Shown here in pieces: positions 34,385-64,000 of a DNA stretch of 64,000 nucleotides; within the stretch, counting starts at the first letter, position 1, and each line of letters begins with the position of its first letter. The notes beneath the pieces are model-generated. The model was not told the origin of the DNA and ran no database searches. It saw only the letters and a list, made by a program, of their open reading frames with translations. The stretch is from the NCBI RefSeq assembly GCF_018350175.1, contig NC_058368.1, positions 184,886,001-184,950,000 of the forward strand. The letters run 5' to 3'. This stretch comes from Felis catus. Lineage: Eukaryota. Both the position numbers and the translations under genes were made by a program.

Positions 34385-35470
34385 AAAACTTTTTAATTAT
34401 AAAAATTTTCAAACTTACAGAAAAATTTAGAGAAGAGTTTAATGAACAAACAGCCTTATACTTTCTACCTAAGCTCTACAATTGTTTATTTTGCTATACT
34501 TGCTTTCTCTCTATATATTTGAAATTAAATTTGTTTTTCTGAAACACTTCAAAATAAGTTGTAGGCATCATGACATTTTACTCTTTCTATGTCATGACAT
34601 TTTAGTCTTATTAAAAACATCAGCATTCATTTTCTAAAAATAAGGTCAGTCTATCATATGACTACAATACCATTGTCACACTTAGGAAGATTCACAATTC
34701 CATATTATCATCTACATTGTAATTTCTCTAATTGTTCCAAGAATGTATTTTATACCTTAAAAAAAAAACAAAAAACAAAAACCAACATACCACCAAGGTC
34801 TGCACATTTTCACATTATGTTTGCTTTATTCATCTTTTTTTTTTTTTTTCCTTAAGACTGTTTTTAGAGTGGTTTTAGGTTCATAGGAAAAATGAGCGGA
34901 AGGTACAGAAATTCCCCTTATGCCCCCTGCCAGCCCCTTGTACCTCACAGTTGCAGTGTCCCTCATTATCCACATCCCCCACAAGAGTGGTACATTTGTT
35001 ACAGTGAATGAACCTACACTGACACTTTGCAATCACCCAAAGTCACAGTTTACATCAGTTGACTCTTGGTGTGGTACATTCTGTGGATTTAAACATATCT
35101 ATCTTTGTGGTACCATACAGGGCATTTTCACTGCCCTAAAAATCCTCCGGGTTCCACCTATTCATCCCTTTCCTCCCCCAGTCGGCTCCTGGCAACGATT
35201 GATCTTTTTGTCTCCATAGTTTTGTCTTTTCCAGAATGTCACATAGTTAGAATTGTACAGTAGATAGTCTTTCTAGGTTGGCTTCCCTTACTAATATGGA
35301 TTTTTCTCCATGGCTTTTTATGGCTATGTGGCTCATTCTTTTTAGCCCTGATTAATATTCCATTGTCTGGATGTACCTCAATGTATTTATACTTTCATCT
35401 AGGTAGTTTCCAAGTTTTGGCAAATATGAATAAAGCTGCTGCAAACATTTGTGTGCAGGTTTTTGTGTGA
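34385..35470 (-). mobile_element. Old L1 (L1MC/ME-type) 3' ends
   Basis: GAGTGGTACATTTGTTACA...GAACCTACACTGACAC and TTCCATTGTCTGGATGTACC motifs. Confidence 0.75.
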
Positions 35471-35742
35471 ACAGTCATACTCCCCACTGTTTCCTGCCCC
35501 CTACCCCGCCCCTCTCCCTGCCCATCACATTGGCTTTTTGAAGAGACAATACCCAGTTACCTGATGATTTTCTTCAACCATTCATATAATACTTCGCTAA
35601 CCTTGTATTTTCTGTAGAGTGATTTTTTTTCTTTGGAGACTTGATTAGATTATAGTGCTGCATTAGCATATTGTATCATATTAGGAGGCACCTGACAAAA
35701 AGTCATCCCAATATTAGTGGTGTCTTACCACTTGGTAGAGTG

Positions 35743-35753
35743 TATATATATTT

Positions 35754-35801
<48 letters not shown>

Positions 35802-35879
35802 TATATATGTATATATATATATATACATATATATGTATATACATATATATATACACACACACATTTTTTTTTAGTTTGT

Positions 35880-35934
<55 letters not shown>

Positions 35935-35937
35935 TTG
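35743..35937. repeat. Compound (TA)n/(CA)n and (TTTA)n microsatellite, adjoining a short SINE (to 36029)
   Basis: Seen directly. Confidence 0.93.
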
Positions 35938-36519
35938 TTAGTAATCTCTACACCCGATGTGGGGCTCAAACTCATGACCCCAAGATCAAGAGTCACACAC
36001 TCCACCGACTAAGCCAGACAGGTGCCCCTAGTGGCACATTCTTTCACCATTTACAATTAATAACTAATCTTTGGGGTCCCACTTTCGAACCTGTAAGTAT
36101 CCTGTAACCTAACAACTTTCACCTAATTGCCTCCATTGATGTTACTCAGCTAAGTCAATGAGTATATGGAGGTGGCAAAGTCCATAAGACTTAATGAGAT
36201 TGTCTAGGGACAGAATGTTGATAAAGAAGAGAAGAGAGTCCAGGTTCAACTCCTTACTCCCTCCAATAATTACAAGTCAGGTACAAGATGGTGCAGTAAA
36301 GGAGTGAGAAAAGCAGCAGTTAGGTGAAAGGAAAACCAAATACATGGCATTGGCTCTCTGGAAAACAGAGCATTTCAAGAATTCACTGGAGAAATTGCCA
36401 GTAGTTTTGCAGAGGACTGGGGACAGAAACGAAACTACAGTGGGTTAGAATGAGAAAGCCAAGGCAGAAAGAACTTACTACGTACCTTTTTCACAGGTGG
36501 CTTTAAATATCTCTAGCCT

Positions 36520-38379
36520 GGGGTGCCTGGGTGGCTCAGTCAGTTAAGTGTTCAACTTCCACTCAGGTCAAGATTTCATGGTTCCTGACTTTGAGCCCTG
36601 CATTGGGCTCTGTGCTGACAGCTCAGAGCCTGGAGCCTGCTTCAGAGTCTGCGTCTCCTTCTCTCTCTGCCCCTCCCCTGCTTGCACTCTGTCTCTCTCT
36701 CTCAAAAATAAATTTAAAAAATACTCAAAAAAAAAAAATCTCTAGCTTGTGCTCGTCAATAAGCACAACTTACTGTTTTTCAAAGATTTTACATTTATTT
36801 CTCTTCCTTTGGTCATCTCTCTGAATATGAGCTTTAAAGTATTGTGTAGTAAGATAAGATTTTGAAATCTTAATCTTTGAAATTTTTTAAAAATTTTATT
36901 TCTCGTAGCACTCTCTTAATTTTCTCCTACCCACCTTGCAGCATCCATAGAGCCAGAATTAGGATGGTTTAAGTGAAAATACACAAAATAGCAAATATTT
37001 GCCCTGCTGTTGTTATTCTCTTGAATGTACAGCTAATGAGGATTATGAAGTGGATGGGGGTAAGAGAGGCTCAGTCCTTTTTCCTGACTCAGGGAGAAGA
37101 GGTAAACATTGTGACTGAGATGGGAAGGGAGGGTATTGGAGCCTCTCTGTCATGATAGTCTCCAGAAAATCTAGTTGACAAAAATTTGATTGGAGATTAA
37201 GGCTCAGGTGACTCCTAATTTAAAGGAATATTGGGGACACTTGGGGGGCTAAGACGTTGAGCATCTGACTTCTGGCTCAGGACCCTGATCTCAGGGTTCG
37301 TGAGTTTGAGCTCAGCATTAACTCTGCTGTAAGAACAGAGCCTGCTTTGGATCCGTGTTTCCTTCTCTCTCTGCCCCTCTCCCAAACTCTCTCTCTCAAA
37401 AATAAATACATAAATAAAACATTGAAAAAGATAGACGAATATTGAATGAATTAGACCCAGAGTCTCAACAAAAACTTTTGTAAAGAGAGTGGATGTCTTC
37501 ATGTCTCTAGGTTCTGGGGCCTTCTGTTTTACATTGCCATCACTTTTTGGACCCCCACCCTATTTTCAGGGGATATTTCCATAGAAATCACGAATAACAG
37601 CAAAAAGAGAGGATCTGGAGGGACGGTTCCAGGGATGGTGAGAAAGGAGGCAGGGCATCCCAAACTGTGGACGATGCTTTCTTGTCAGTAGTGTGAGCAT
37701 GAACTGGTATTTAAGGTTAAGGGCTAATGTGGATATACAGGGCCTGAGCTGAAGTACACATGGTGCTCAATTCCCAAGCCCAGGCTTCTGATCACTCAAA
37801 TTTTCACCTGTCAGCCTCAGCAGACACAGACCAGATCCTGCATGTTCCTGGGAGGCAGCATGCCAAAACCCTTGAAGCAAAAGCCTGAAGGATTAAAACA
37901 GTCCAAAGTTCAGCCCTTTCCTTCTACAGATACCACATCCACACCTTCAGTACATCCTAGCCTGGCACTCCCTCAGAAATGTAATCCATTCATTTCACAG
38001 CTGATTTCTGAAAGGTCTGAACACTCTTCCCTAGATATACTTCTCTTTGGGGAGATTTGGGGCTGGGATGATGATGATGATGATGATTTTTGGCAACAGT
38101 ACGAAAAGGTAACGTCACTGGCCTCTCACTCATGTAGTCCTTGATAGAATCCACTGTTAGAGTCATTTATTACCTTCTGTACCTCTATCTTATTATTAAA
38201 GCTGTGCTACTTTTTCTTTAGCATAATGAAATAAGTTTGTAACTATATGCGCATAAGTGTGATTCTTTCTCGCTAGACTGAAAGCTCTGTGAAGATAGGA
38301 ACTGTCTTCATACATTTCTGTAGTCTCTGGCATAGTGATTATTAAAAAAAACCTTGGTGGTTTTTTGGTTTTTGTTTTT

Positions 38380-38421
<42 letters not shown>

Positions 38422-40850
38422 CGAGCACAAGTTGGGGAGGGGCAGAGAGAGAAGGAGACAGAGAATCCAAAGCAGGCTCCAAAGCTGAGCTGTCAGCAGA
38501 GCCCAACACAGGGCTTGAACTCACAAACCATGAGATCATGACCTGAGCTGAAGGTGGATGCTTAACCAACTGAGCCACCCAGGCGCCCCAACCTTGGTAG
38601 TTGTTACATGACTGGTCAATAAGGATCAGTTACCATCTGCACACTCACCATTCCCAGATGTGTATGTGTTGTCCAGAGCCTTCTCCTGAGGACCCGTATA
38701 TACAAGATTCTACCTGATATCTCCACCTCAAACTCAGTATGTTCCAAACCAAATGTGTTTACTTCACTTGGCAAATGGGCTCTTTCACCCAAGTTCTTTA
38801 TCTCAGGGAATACCAAGGTCACTCATCCATTGTCCAAACCAGGCTATGGGCCATCTTCTGCTTTTATTTAGATTATTATCTTTTTTCTTCTTTAAAAAAA
38901 ATTTTTTTTTTTAATGTTTATTTGTTTCTGAGAGAGACAGAGAGCGAGACACACACACAGAGAGAGAGACAGAGCATGAGCTGAGGAGGGGCAGAGACAG
39001 AGGGAGACACAGAATCCGAAGCAGGCTCCAGGCTCCTAGCTGTCAGCTCAGAGCCTGATGTGGGGATTGAACCCATGAACCATGAGATCATGACCGGAGC
39101 CGAAGTGGGACACTTAACTGATGAGCCACCCAGGCACCCCTTTTTCTTCTTTTCCTAAAGCAAATAGTATCTAACACATACTAGGTACCAGTAAATATCA
39201 GTGGATAAATGATCTGACTTCTGGTCTATTCCCATAGAATTAATTTTCCACGCAGCAGAGTGACATTCAAAAACATATCTGATGCCCTTTAATAGCTCAC
39301 CATTGTCCATAGGTTAAAGTTCAATGTGGGGCTTGAACTCATGACCCTGAGATCAAGAGTCGGATGCTTTACTGACTGAGCTAACTAGGCACCCCAAAGA
39401 TCAAATTTCTTATGTGTTTTCTCCTTGTGATTTGCGCAGTCAGATCTACTTATCCTTGCAGTTTAACTTCTTGCCATTTTTCTGCTGGTGATATTGAATG
39501 TTGTTTCTCAAATGTGCCAAACTCTTGTACTTTCCCATTTGATGTTACATTTCCAGTGAATCCTCATATCTATGATCCTTCTTTATCTGACTCACCCCTA
39601 CCCATTTCTTCAGGTCCTGGGTCGTGCTTACCTCCTGACCTGACTTGGATGGGCTTACAGACTCCACTAGGTCACTAAGTACTTTGCAAAGTAAGATCTT
39701 AGTTAACCCCTTAGCTCATCAGGGACTGTATTGCCTTTTGCTACCAAACAGTTTTATAGGGAATATTCTTATACTGAAGGCTTTGTATAGATATCTGAAA
39801 GACAGAGTCCTGGGAGAAAATTTCTGGGTCAAAGAGCACATGTTTTTTTTACTTTAACAGATACTGTCCAGTTGATTTTTAGTAATGTATCTATAGTGTA
39901 TTATCATAGTTTTTTTAAATCAGTTTTTAAAAAAGTTTATTTATTTTTGAGAGAGAGAGAGAGTGCATGAGTGGAGTGGGACAGAGAGGGGGAGAGAATC
40001 TCAAGCAGGCTCTCCACTGTCAGCCAGACCCCACCGTGGGGCTTGAACCGTAAACCATGAGATCACGACCTGAACTGAAATCAAGAGTCAGATGCTTAAC
40101 TGACTGAGCCACCCAGGTACCCCTATCATCATATTTTTTGATCATTGTTAATCTGATATGGAAGTATCGGCATTTCATTTAACTTTACATTTCTTGGATA
40201 ATAAGTAAGATTATCTTTTCAAAATTAAAGAACATTCACATTTCTTCTAGGTTCTGTCTGCATAGATCTTGCCTACTTTTGGACTTTTAGTGTTATCCTT
40301 ATTCATTTATAGAACTCTCTAATCAAAAGAAATTCTGCTTTGCCTATCATATGTGTTTGCCATTTGATTATGGAGCTTTTCTTCATCCAGATTCTTTTAC
40401 TTTTTATGAAATCACAGCTGTATTTTGGGGCTTCATAGTCTTTACAAAATTTCTCCATTTTGAAATTATAAAGACACTCACATTGTCTTGTACTATGATT
40501 AGATTTTTAAATTTAATCTATATTTTATTTTTGGTTTGAAAGTGAGGTGAAATATACAACTTCTTTCCTCTATATGGAAAGCCAGTCATCCTGAAACTAT
40601 TTATTGAATAACCTACATTTTGAGGAAGTTCCACCATCGATTATTTCTATTTTCTTTAAGTAGAAATAGCTATCAGTGGCTAAGAGGGAGATGCTGAAGT
40701 CTGAGGTTTGAGGAAAATTAAAAATGGGAAAGAGGGGTGCCTGGTTGGCTCAGTATGCAGAGCATGTGAATCTTAGTCTCAGGGTCATTAGTTTGAGCCT
40801 CATGTTTGGTGTGGAGCCTACCTAAAAAAAAAAAAAAAAAAGAAAAAAAG
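36520..40850. mobile_element. Intergenic CanSINEs (36520-36740 +, 37235-37430 +, 38370-38589 -, 38890-39140 -, 39320-39395 -, 39920-40122 -, 40734-40850 +) among L2/L1 remnants
   Basis: Recognisable SINE heads and bodies; coordinates approximate. Confidence 0.85.
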
Positions 40851-41355
40851 GGAAGAAAAACACAGAGTTGTTTGGTGACATAAAGAGCCTACTTAAGGTT
40901 GGAAAGCGGGACATGGTCACTATCTTTAATATTAGAGGATTTTATTTAGTACTGTTCAACAGTCTGGGTACAAAAGCATAAGATGCAGACAACTGAATTT
41001 GTGCAGTGTTGAATTTTAACAGGAACGTGGGAGGAAATACACAAAAAGATAGAGTAATGGACCGTTACACCTAACATAAATAGTAAAGTGAATTAAACAG
41101 AAGGTGGTCTGGTAAGAATTTTAGGATAAATTATCATCCTAATTGCTGTTATTTATTTTGCCCACAAATCTATAATTTGGGTATTTATTTTGCCCATGAA
41201 TCTGTAATTTGGGTAGGGATCAGCCCAGGCCATTCATTGCTGTTCCACATCACCTGGGGCAGTTGGCTTGAAGGAAGGGAATCAACAAAAGATGGCTGGA
41301 TTCCAAGATCAAGTGTCCAAGAACACCTTGGAAATACTGTATCATCTTTGATGAC

Positions 41356-41822
41356 TGTGGTAAACAAAACAATGGTTCTTTCAATGATGTCCACATAGTA
41401 ATCTCTGGAACCTATGAATATTACTTTATATGAGAAAAGGAACTTTCCAGATATTATTAGAGACTTTGAGATGGGAAGATTACACTTGATCAACTCTGTG
41501 GGTCCAATATAATCAAAAGGTCCTTAGATGGAAGCAGGAAGGTCAGAGTAAGAAAGATGTGACAACTGAAGCAGGGGTTGGAGTGATGCTTTGAAGATGG
41601 AAGAAGGAGATATGGGCCAAGGAATGCAGGCAGCCACTAGAAGTTAGAAAAGACACGAAAATAGATTTGTCCCTAGAGCCTTCAGAAGGGACACAGCCCC
41701 ACCAACATCTATTTTTTGGCTTCATAACACTCATTGTAGACGTCTGACCTCCAGAATTGTTATATAATAAATTTGTGTTCTTTAAAGCCACTAATTTTGT
41801 GTTAATTTGTTATAGCAGTAAG
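41356..41822 (+). mobile_element. MLT1D-like MaLR LTR
   Basis: GATGTCCACA...GGAACCTATGAATAT, GCCAAGGAATGCAGGCAGCC.CTAGAAG and CCCTAGAGCCTTCAGAAGG motifs. Confidence 0.85.
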
Positions 41823-41824
41823 GC

Positions 41825-42775
41825 AGGGTTTCTTTCTTTTTTAAAGGCCAAATAATATTCCATTGTATGTATTTCCTTTATCCATTCATCTGTCAGTGGA
41901 CGTTTAGGTTGTTTCCATAGCTTGGCTAATGTGAATAATACTGCAATGGACACAGAAGAGCAAATACCTTCTTGTGATTCTCATTTCAATTCTTTTGGAT
42001 AAATATTCAGAAGTGGGGTTGCTGAATCACATGGTAGTTCTATTTTAAATTTTTTGAGGAACCTCTATGCTATTTTCCATAGTGGCTACACTATTTTACC
42101 TTCTCACCAACAACTGTACAATTGTTCTAATCACTGGGTTCTACTCCTGAAACCAATACTACACTGTATGTTAACTAACTTGAATTTAAATAAATAAACC
42201 ACAAAAAACAAGGGTCCTAATGCTTCCATATCCTAATATTTATTTTTTTTGATAATAACCATCCTAACAGGTATGAAATATTGTCTCTTTGTGATGACTA
42301 GTGATTCTGAGCATCTCTTCCTATGGCTGTTGAACACTTCTATGTCTTCTTTGGAGAAATAACTATTCAAATTCTTTAGCAATTTTTATATTATATTGTT
42401 TTGCATTTAATATTGCGTATATTATATCGCGTTGTAATTTCTTACACATCTTGAAAATTAACCCCTTTGATGTACAGTTTGCAAATATTTTCTTGAATTC
42501 TATAGGTTCTTTTCACTTTGTTGTTTCATTTGTCATGCAGAAAATTTAGTTGGATGTAGTCCCACTTATCCACTTTGCTTTTGTTGCCTGTGACTTTTGG
42601 TATGAGAAATCAGCACTAAGACCAATGTCATGAAGATTTCCTATTACATTTCTTCTAGTTGTTTTATACTTTAAGGTTTTTGAGATGATTTTTATATATG
42701 GTTCGTTCTTTTGCACTTAGATATATTTGTTGAAGATATTATCCTTTCTCTACTTATATTCTTGGCACCCTCAAC
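41825..42775 (-). mobile_element. L1 fragment (L1MA-type; ORF2 end and 3'UTR)
   Basis: AATAATATTCCATTGTATG, GAGGAACCTC, TTCTTTGGAGAAAT motifs. Confidence 0.85.
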
Positions 42776-43194
42776 TAGTTTCTGGATTTCTCACAAGGGG
42801 AATTTGTCTATGTATTATTGCTGAATCAGTATGTCTGTGGGGAGAAGGCAGGTCCAAGGGTTCTATTCTGCCATCTTGCTAATGTCATGTCTCAGTATGG
42901 TATGTTTTAACATTGCTTTAATTTTCACTTATTTTTGTCTTTATATTTGAAGTGCATTTTTTTTTATAATTTCTATATTTCTTCAGAACTGTGGCTTATA
43001 ATATCATACCAACTTTGTACATCAGTTATTTTAGATGAAGATTCACCATTTCTGCATAATATACTACCAAGTATGATTCTGGGGACAAGATAGAGAGGGG
43101 AGAGCAGAGACAATAAATATACCTTAAATAGAAGCATTAATGTAACTTCATATAATACAAGTTGAATAATTGGGTAAATGACTTAATGTGTGAT

Positions 43195-43200
43195 TTTATT
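43195..43200 (-). terminator. HMMR: Probable HMMR polyadenylation signal AATAAA
   Basis: Canonical hexamer with an upstream TGTA element; first non-SINE AATAAA I saw after the stop. Confidence 0.65.
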
Positions 43201-43687
43201 TCATATTACAAAAATATTAACCAAGCAGCCAGTAGTCAGATGGCAAGCACTCTATAACAAATTCTGTTGAGGTTATGAGCATAGGTTTTCAGAGTGTTAC
43301 TGAATCTAAGAATTGACTGCAGAGTTTGTTAAAAATGCATATTTTCAAGCTAAACACCAGATTCTAATTTAGTAGAACTGAGATAGAGTCTAGGAATCCA
43401 CAAATTGTTGACCAACTTAGTGACCCTGGCAGGAGACAAAGAGATTACTATGGAGTTAGGCATACACTTATTTCTTATTTGAACTGGAAAAATGGATGAT
43501 GGGTATGATAGAATGAACCTAGTTAGACAATCAACGGAGAGGCAGGAACGGGCCAACGTGTTTTAGCCTAGCTTAAGAGGCTCAGATTAGAAAAGGCCTC
43601 CAGTATCACACCAAAAAAACCTATGGATTTGAATCTTGAAACCAAATAAGGTTTCAGAGTAGGGGAATAATAATCTGAGTGATTTTT

Positions 43688-43898
43688 TTTTTTTAATTTT
43701 TTTTTTCAACGTTTATTTTTGGGACAGAGAGAGACAGAGCATGAACGGGGGTGGGGCAGAGAGAGAGGGAGACACAGAATCGGAAACAGGCTCCAGGCTC
43801 CGAGCCATCAGCCTGACTCGGGGCTCGAACTCATGGACCGCGAGATCGTGACCTGGCTGAAGTCGGACGCTTAACCGTCTGCGCCACCCAGGCGCCCC
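43688..43898 (-). mobile_element. CanSINE, young subfamily, within the HMMR 3'UTR in sense orientation
   Basis: Perfect 16-bp TSD AATCTGAGTGATTTTT; 7-nt internal deletion relative to the copies at 6.8 and 28.7 kb. Confidence 0.95.
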
Positions 43899-44233
43899 AA
43901 TCTGAGTGATTTTTAAAGGAACGTTGATTTGCTGGGATGAGTTGTAAAGATGGAAGGCCAGTGAGGTTTAGAATGAGGTGATAAAGGTAAGCATCAAGGG
44001 GAGGTACAGACAATAGAAAAAAAAAGTTGGAAGTCATATAGGTAAAAATGTTGAACTTCCATTTACATACGTAAGGATAGGAAGTTAATATTAAATACAT
44101 TAAAAATACTCATTACAAACATAATAGTAACAGCAACAATAGCAATAACAATAATAAAAATACTAAGAATGAAATAATCTTTAACAGGTCTTTCAGATGT
44201 TTACTTGCATCATTCTTAAAACTCCACAGGAGC

Positions 44234-62400
<18,167 letters not shown>

Positions 62401-62974
62401 CTACATCCAAATAGAAACCACCAAAATAATATGAAATGGCATCAAGAGATTTTTACTAATGACAAAAAAAAGTACAGAAAGTAAAGTATGAATACTAAAT
62501 TCAAGAGCCTCAAAAAAACAAAAACCTTTGAAAAATACGGTATCACCTGCATCTTGTCATTGATTATATTCTGCACCTTGTTAACAATGTGGTAAATGTT
62601 TTTTCAGTTTTTCTATGCAACACACACTCACACACTTCTTATAAAACTAAAATTATATTCTACAACTGACTTTTAGCATATTTTTCTCAGAGGATACCAC
62701 AGAAAAAGTGTACTATGATTTTGACAGTACGTAAATATATTTTAAAGTTATATAATATACAGGGGCACCTGGGCGGTTCAGTCTGTTAAATGTTCAGCTC
62801 AGGTCACGACCTCATAGTTTGTGAGTTTAAGCCCCACAGTGGGCTCTGTGCTGACAGCACAGAGCCTATTTGGGATTCTCTCTCTCCTCCGCCCTCTGTC
62901 TCAAAATAAACATTAAAAAAATAAAGTTATACAATGCACAAATATATCAATACTGGGAAAAAGTTCTAACATTA

Positions 62975-64000
62975 AAATAAAGTGAAGACACAAATAAATG
63001 GAGAGATTCTGTGCTCATGAATTGAAAAAATTAATATTGCTAAAATATCCATGCAACCACAGCGATCTATAGATTCAGTGCAATCCCTATCAAAATGGGA
63101 ATTTTCACAGATATAGAACAATGGAATAAGATAAAATTCATATGGAAGCACAAAATACCCTGAATAGCCAAAGTGCTCTTGAGAAAGAAGAACAAAGTTG
63201 GAGGTATCATACTCCCTGATTTCAAACTATGTTACTCAAAATAGTATGGTGATAGCATACTAACAGACACATTGATCACTAGAACAGAATAGAGCATAGA
63301 AACAAGCCCACACATATTAATTTATGATAAAGGAGTCAAAAATATACAAAGGGGAAAGAACAGCTTCTTCAATAAATGGTACTGGTAAAACTGGAAAACC
63401 ACAAACAAAAGAATAAAAGTGCACTACTACCTTAATACCATTCATAAAAATTAAATAAAAATGTATTAAATGTAAGACCTGAAACCATAAAACTCCTAAA
63501 AGAAAACATAGGCAGTAAGGTTATTGACATTGTTCTTGGTGATGATCTTTTGGATAGAACACCAAAGCAAAGGAAACAAAAGCAAAAATAAACAAGTGGG
63601 ACTACATCAAACCAAAAAGTTTCTGGGGGGCGCCTGGGTGGCTGAGTCAGTTAAAGCATCCGACTTCTGCTCAGGTCATGATCTCACAGCTCGTGAGTTC
63701 GAGCCCCATGTTGGGCTCTGTGCTGATAACTCAGAGCCTAGAGCCTGCTTCGGATTCTGTGTCTCCCTCTCCTGTTTCTGCCTCTCCCCAGTTCACTCTG
63801 TCTCTCCCAAAAATAAATAAATGTAAAAAAAAAAAAAAAAGCTTCTGCACAGGAAAAGAAACCATCAAGAAAATGAAAATGTAACTTACTTACATGGGAG
63901 AAAATATTTGCAAATCATGTATCAGATAGGGCAGACAGGGGTTATAATATATAAAGAACTCTTACAATTCAAAAGCAAAAAACCCAACTCTAATTAAAAA
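62975..64000 (+). mobile_element. L1 ORF2 3' fragment with an inserted CanSINE (63625-63840), running off the window end
   Basis: GATCTATAGATTCAGTGCAATCCCTATCAAAAT, GTAAGACCTGAAACCATAAAACTCCTA motifs. Confidence 0.88.

Larger units (their letters stand above)
43175..44233 (-). other. HMMR: HMMR 3'UTR (end approximate), containing a CanSINE
   Basis: Runs from the stop codon to just past the AATAAA at 43200-43195. Confidence 0.7.

Noticed and set aside
35671..35941. YI/IY-rich and HT-rich ORFs (also near 14171-14490 and 56841-57142)
   Set aside because: Translations of (TA)n and (CA)n microsatellites.

Overview
Mammalian genomic DNA from a cat-family carnivore (Felidae, judged from about 60 tRNA-derived CanSINE copies with the feliform-type head and body). 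Two known genes lie on the minus strand. (1) MAT2B (methionine adenosyltransferase II beta) is complete: six shared coding exons plus two alternative first exons give a 334-aa isoform (MVGREKEL..., CpG-island promoter near 24.6-25.2 kb) and a 323-aa isoform (MPEMPEDMDQ..., near 27.3 kb). All introns are GT-AG and the frame closes. (2) HMMR/RHAMM is represented by its last eight coding exons (about exons 11-18 by human numbering) and ends in ...GNTNCC*. The rest is transposon-derived: CanSINEs, L1, L2, MIR, several solo LTRs, Tigger/MER44 and MER5 DNA elements, and microsatellites. I found no convincing new biological system. The most interesting observations are: a tiny polyadenylated retrocopy with a TSD at 3.8 kb; the decayed counterpart of the human HMMR C-terminal tail in the 3'UTR; a young SINE carrying AATAAA inside the HMMR 3'UTR; a SINE whose TSD overlaps a MAT2B splice donor; an 85-bp dispersed intronic duplication; and a competing frameshifting donor at HMMR exon 11. 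Repeat family names and human/mouse comparisons are from memory and need database confirmation.
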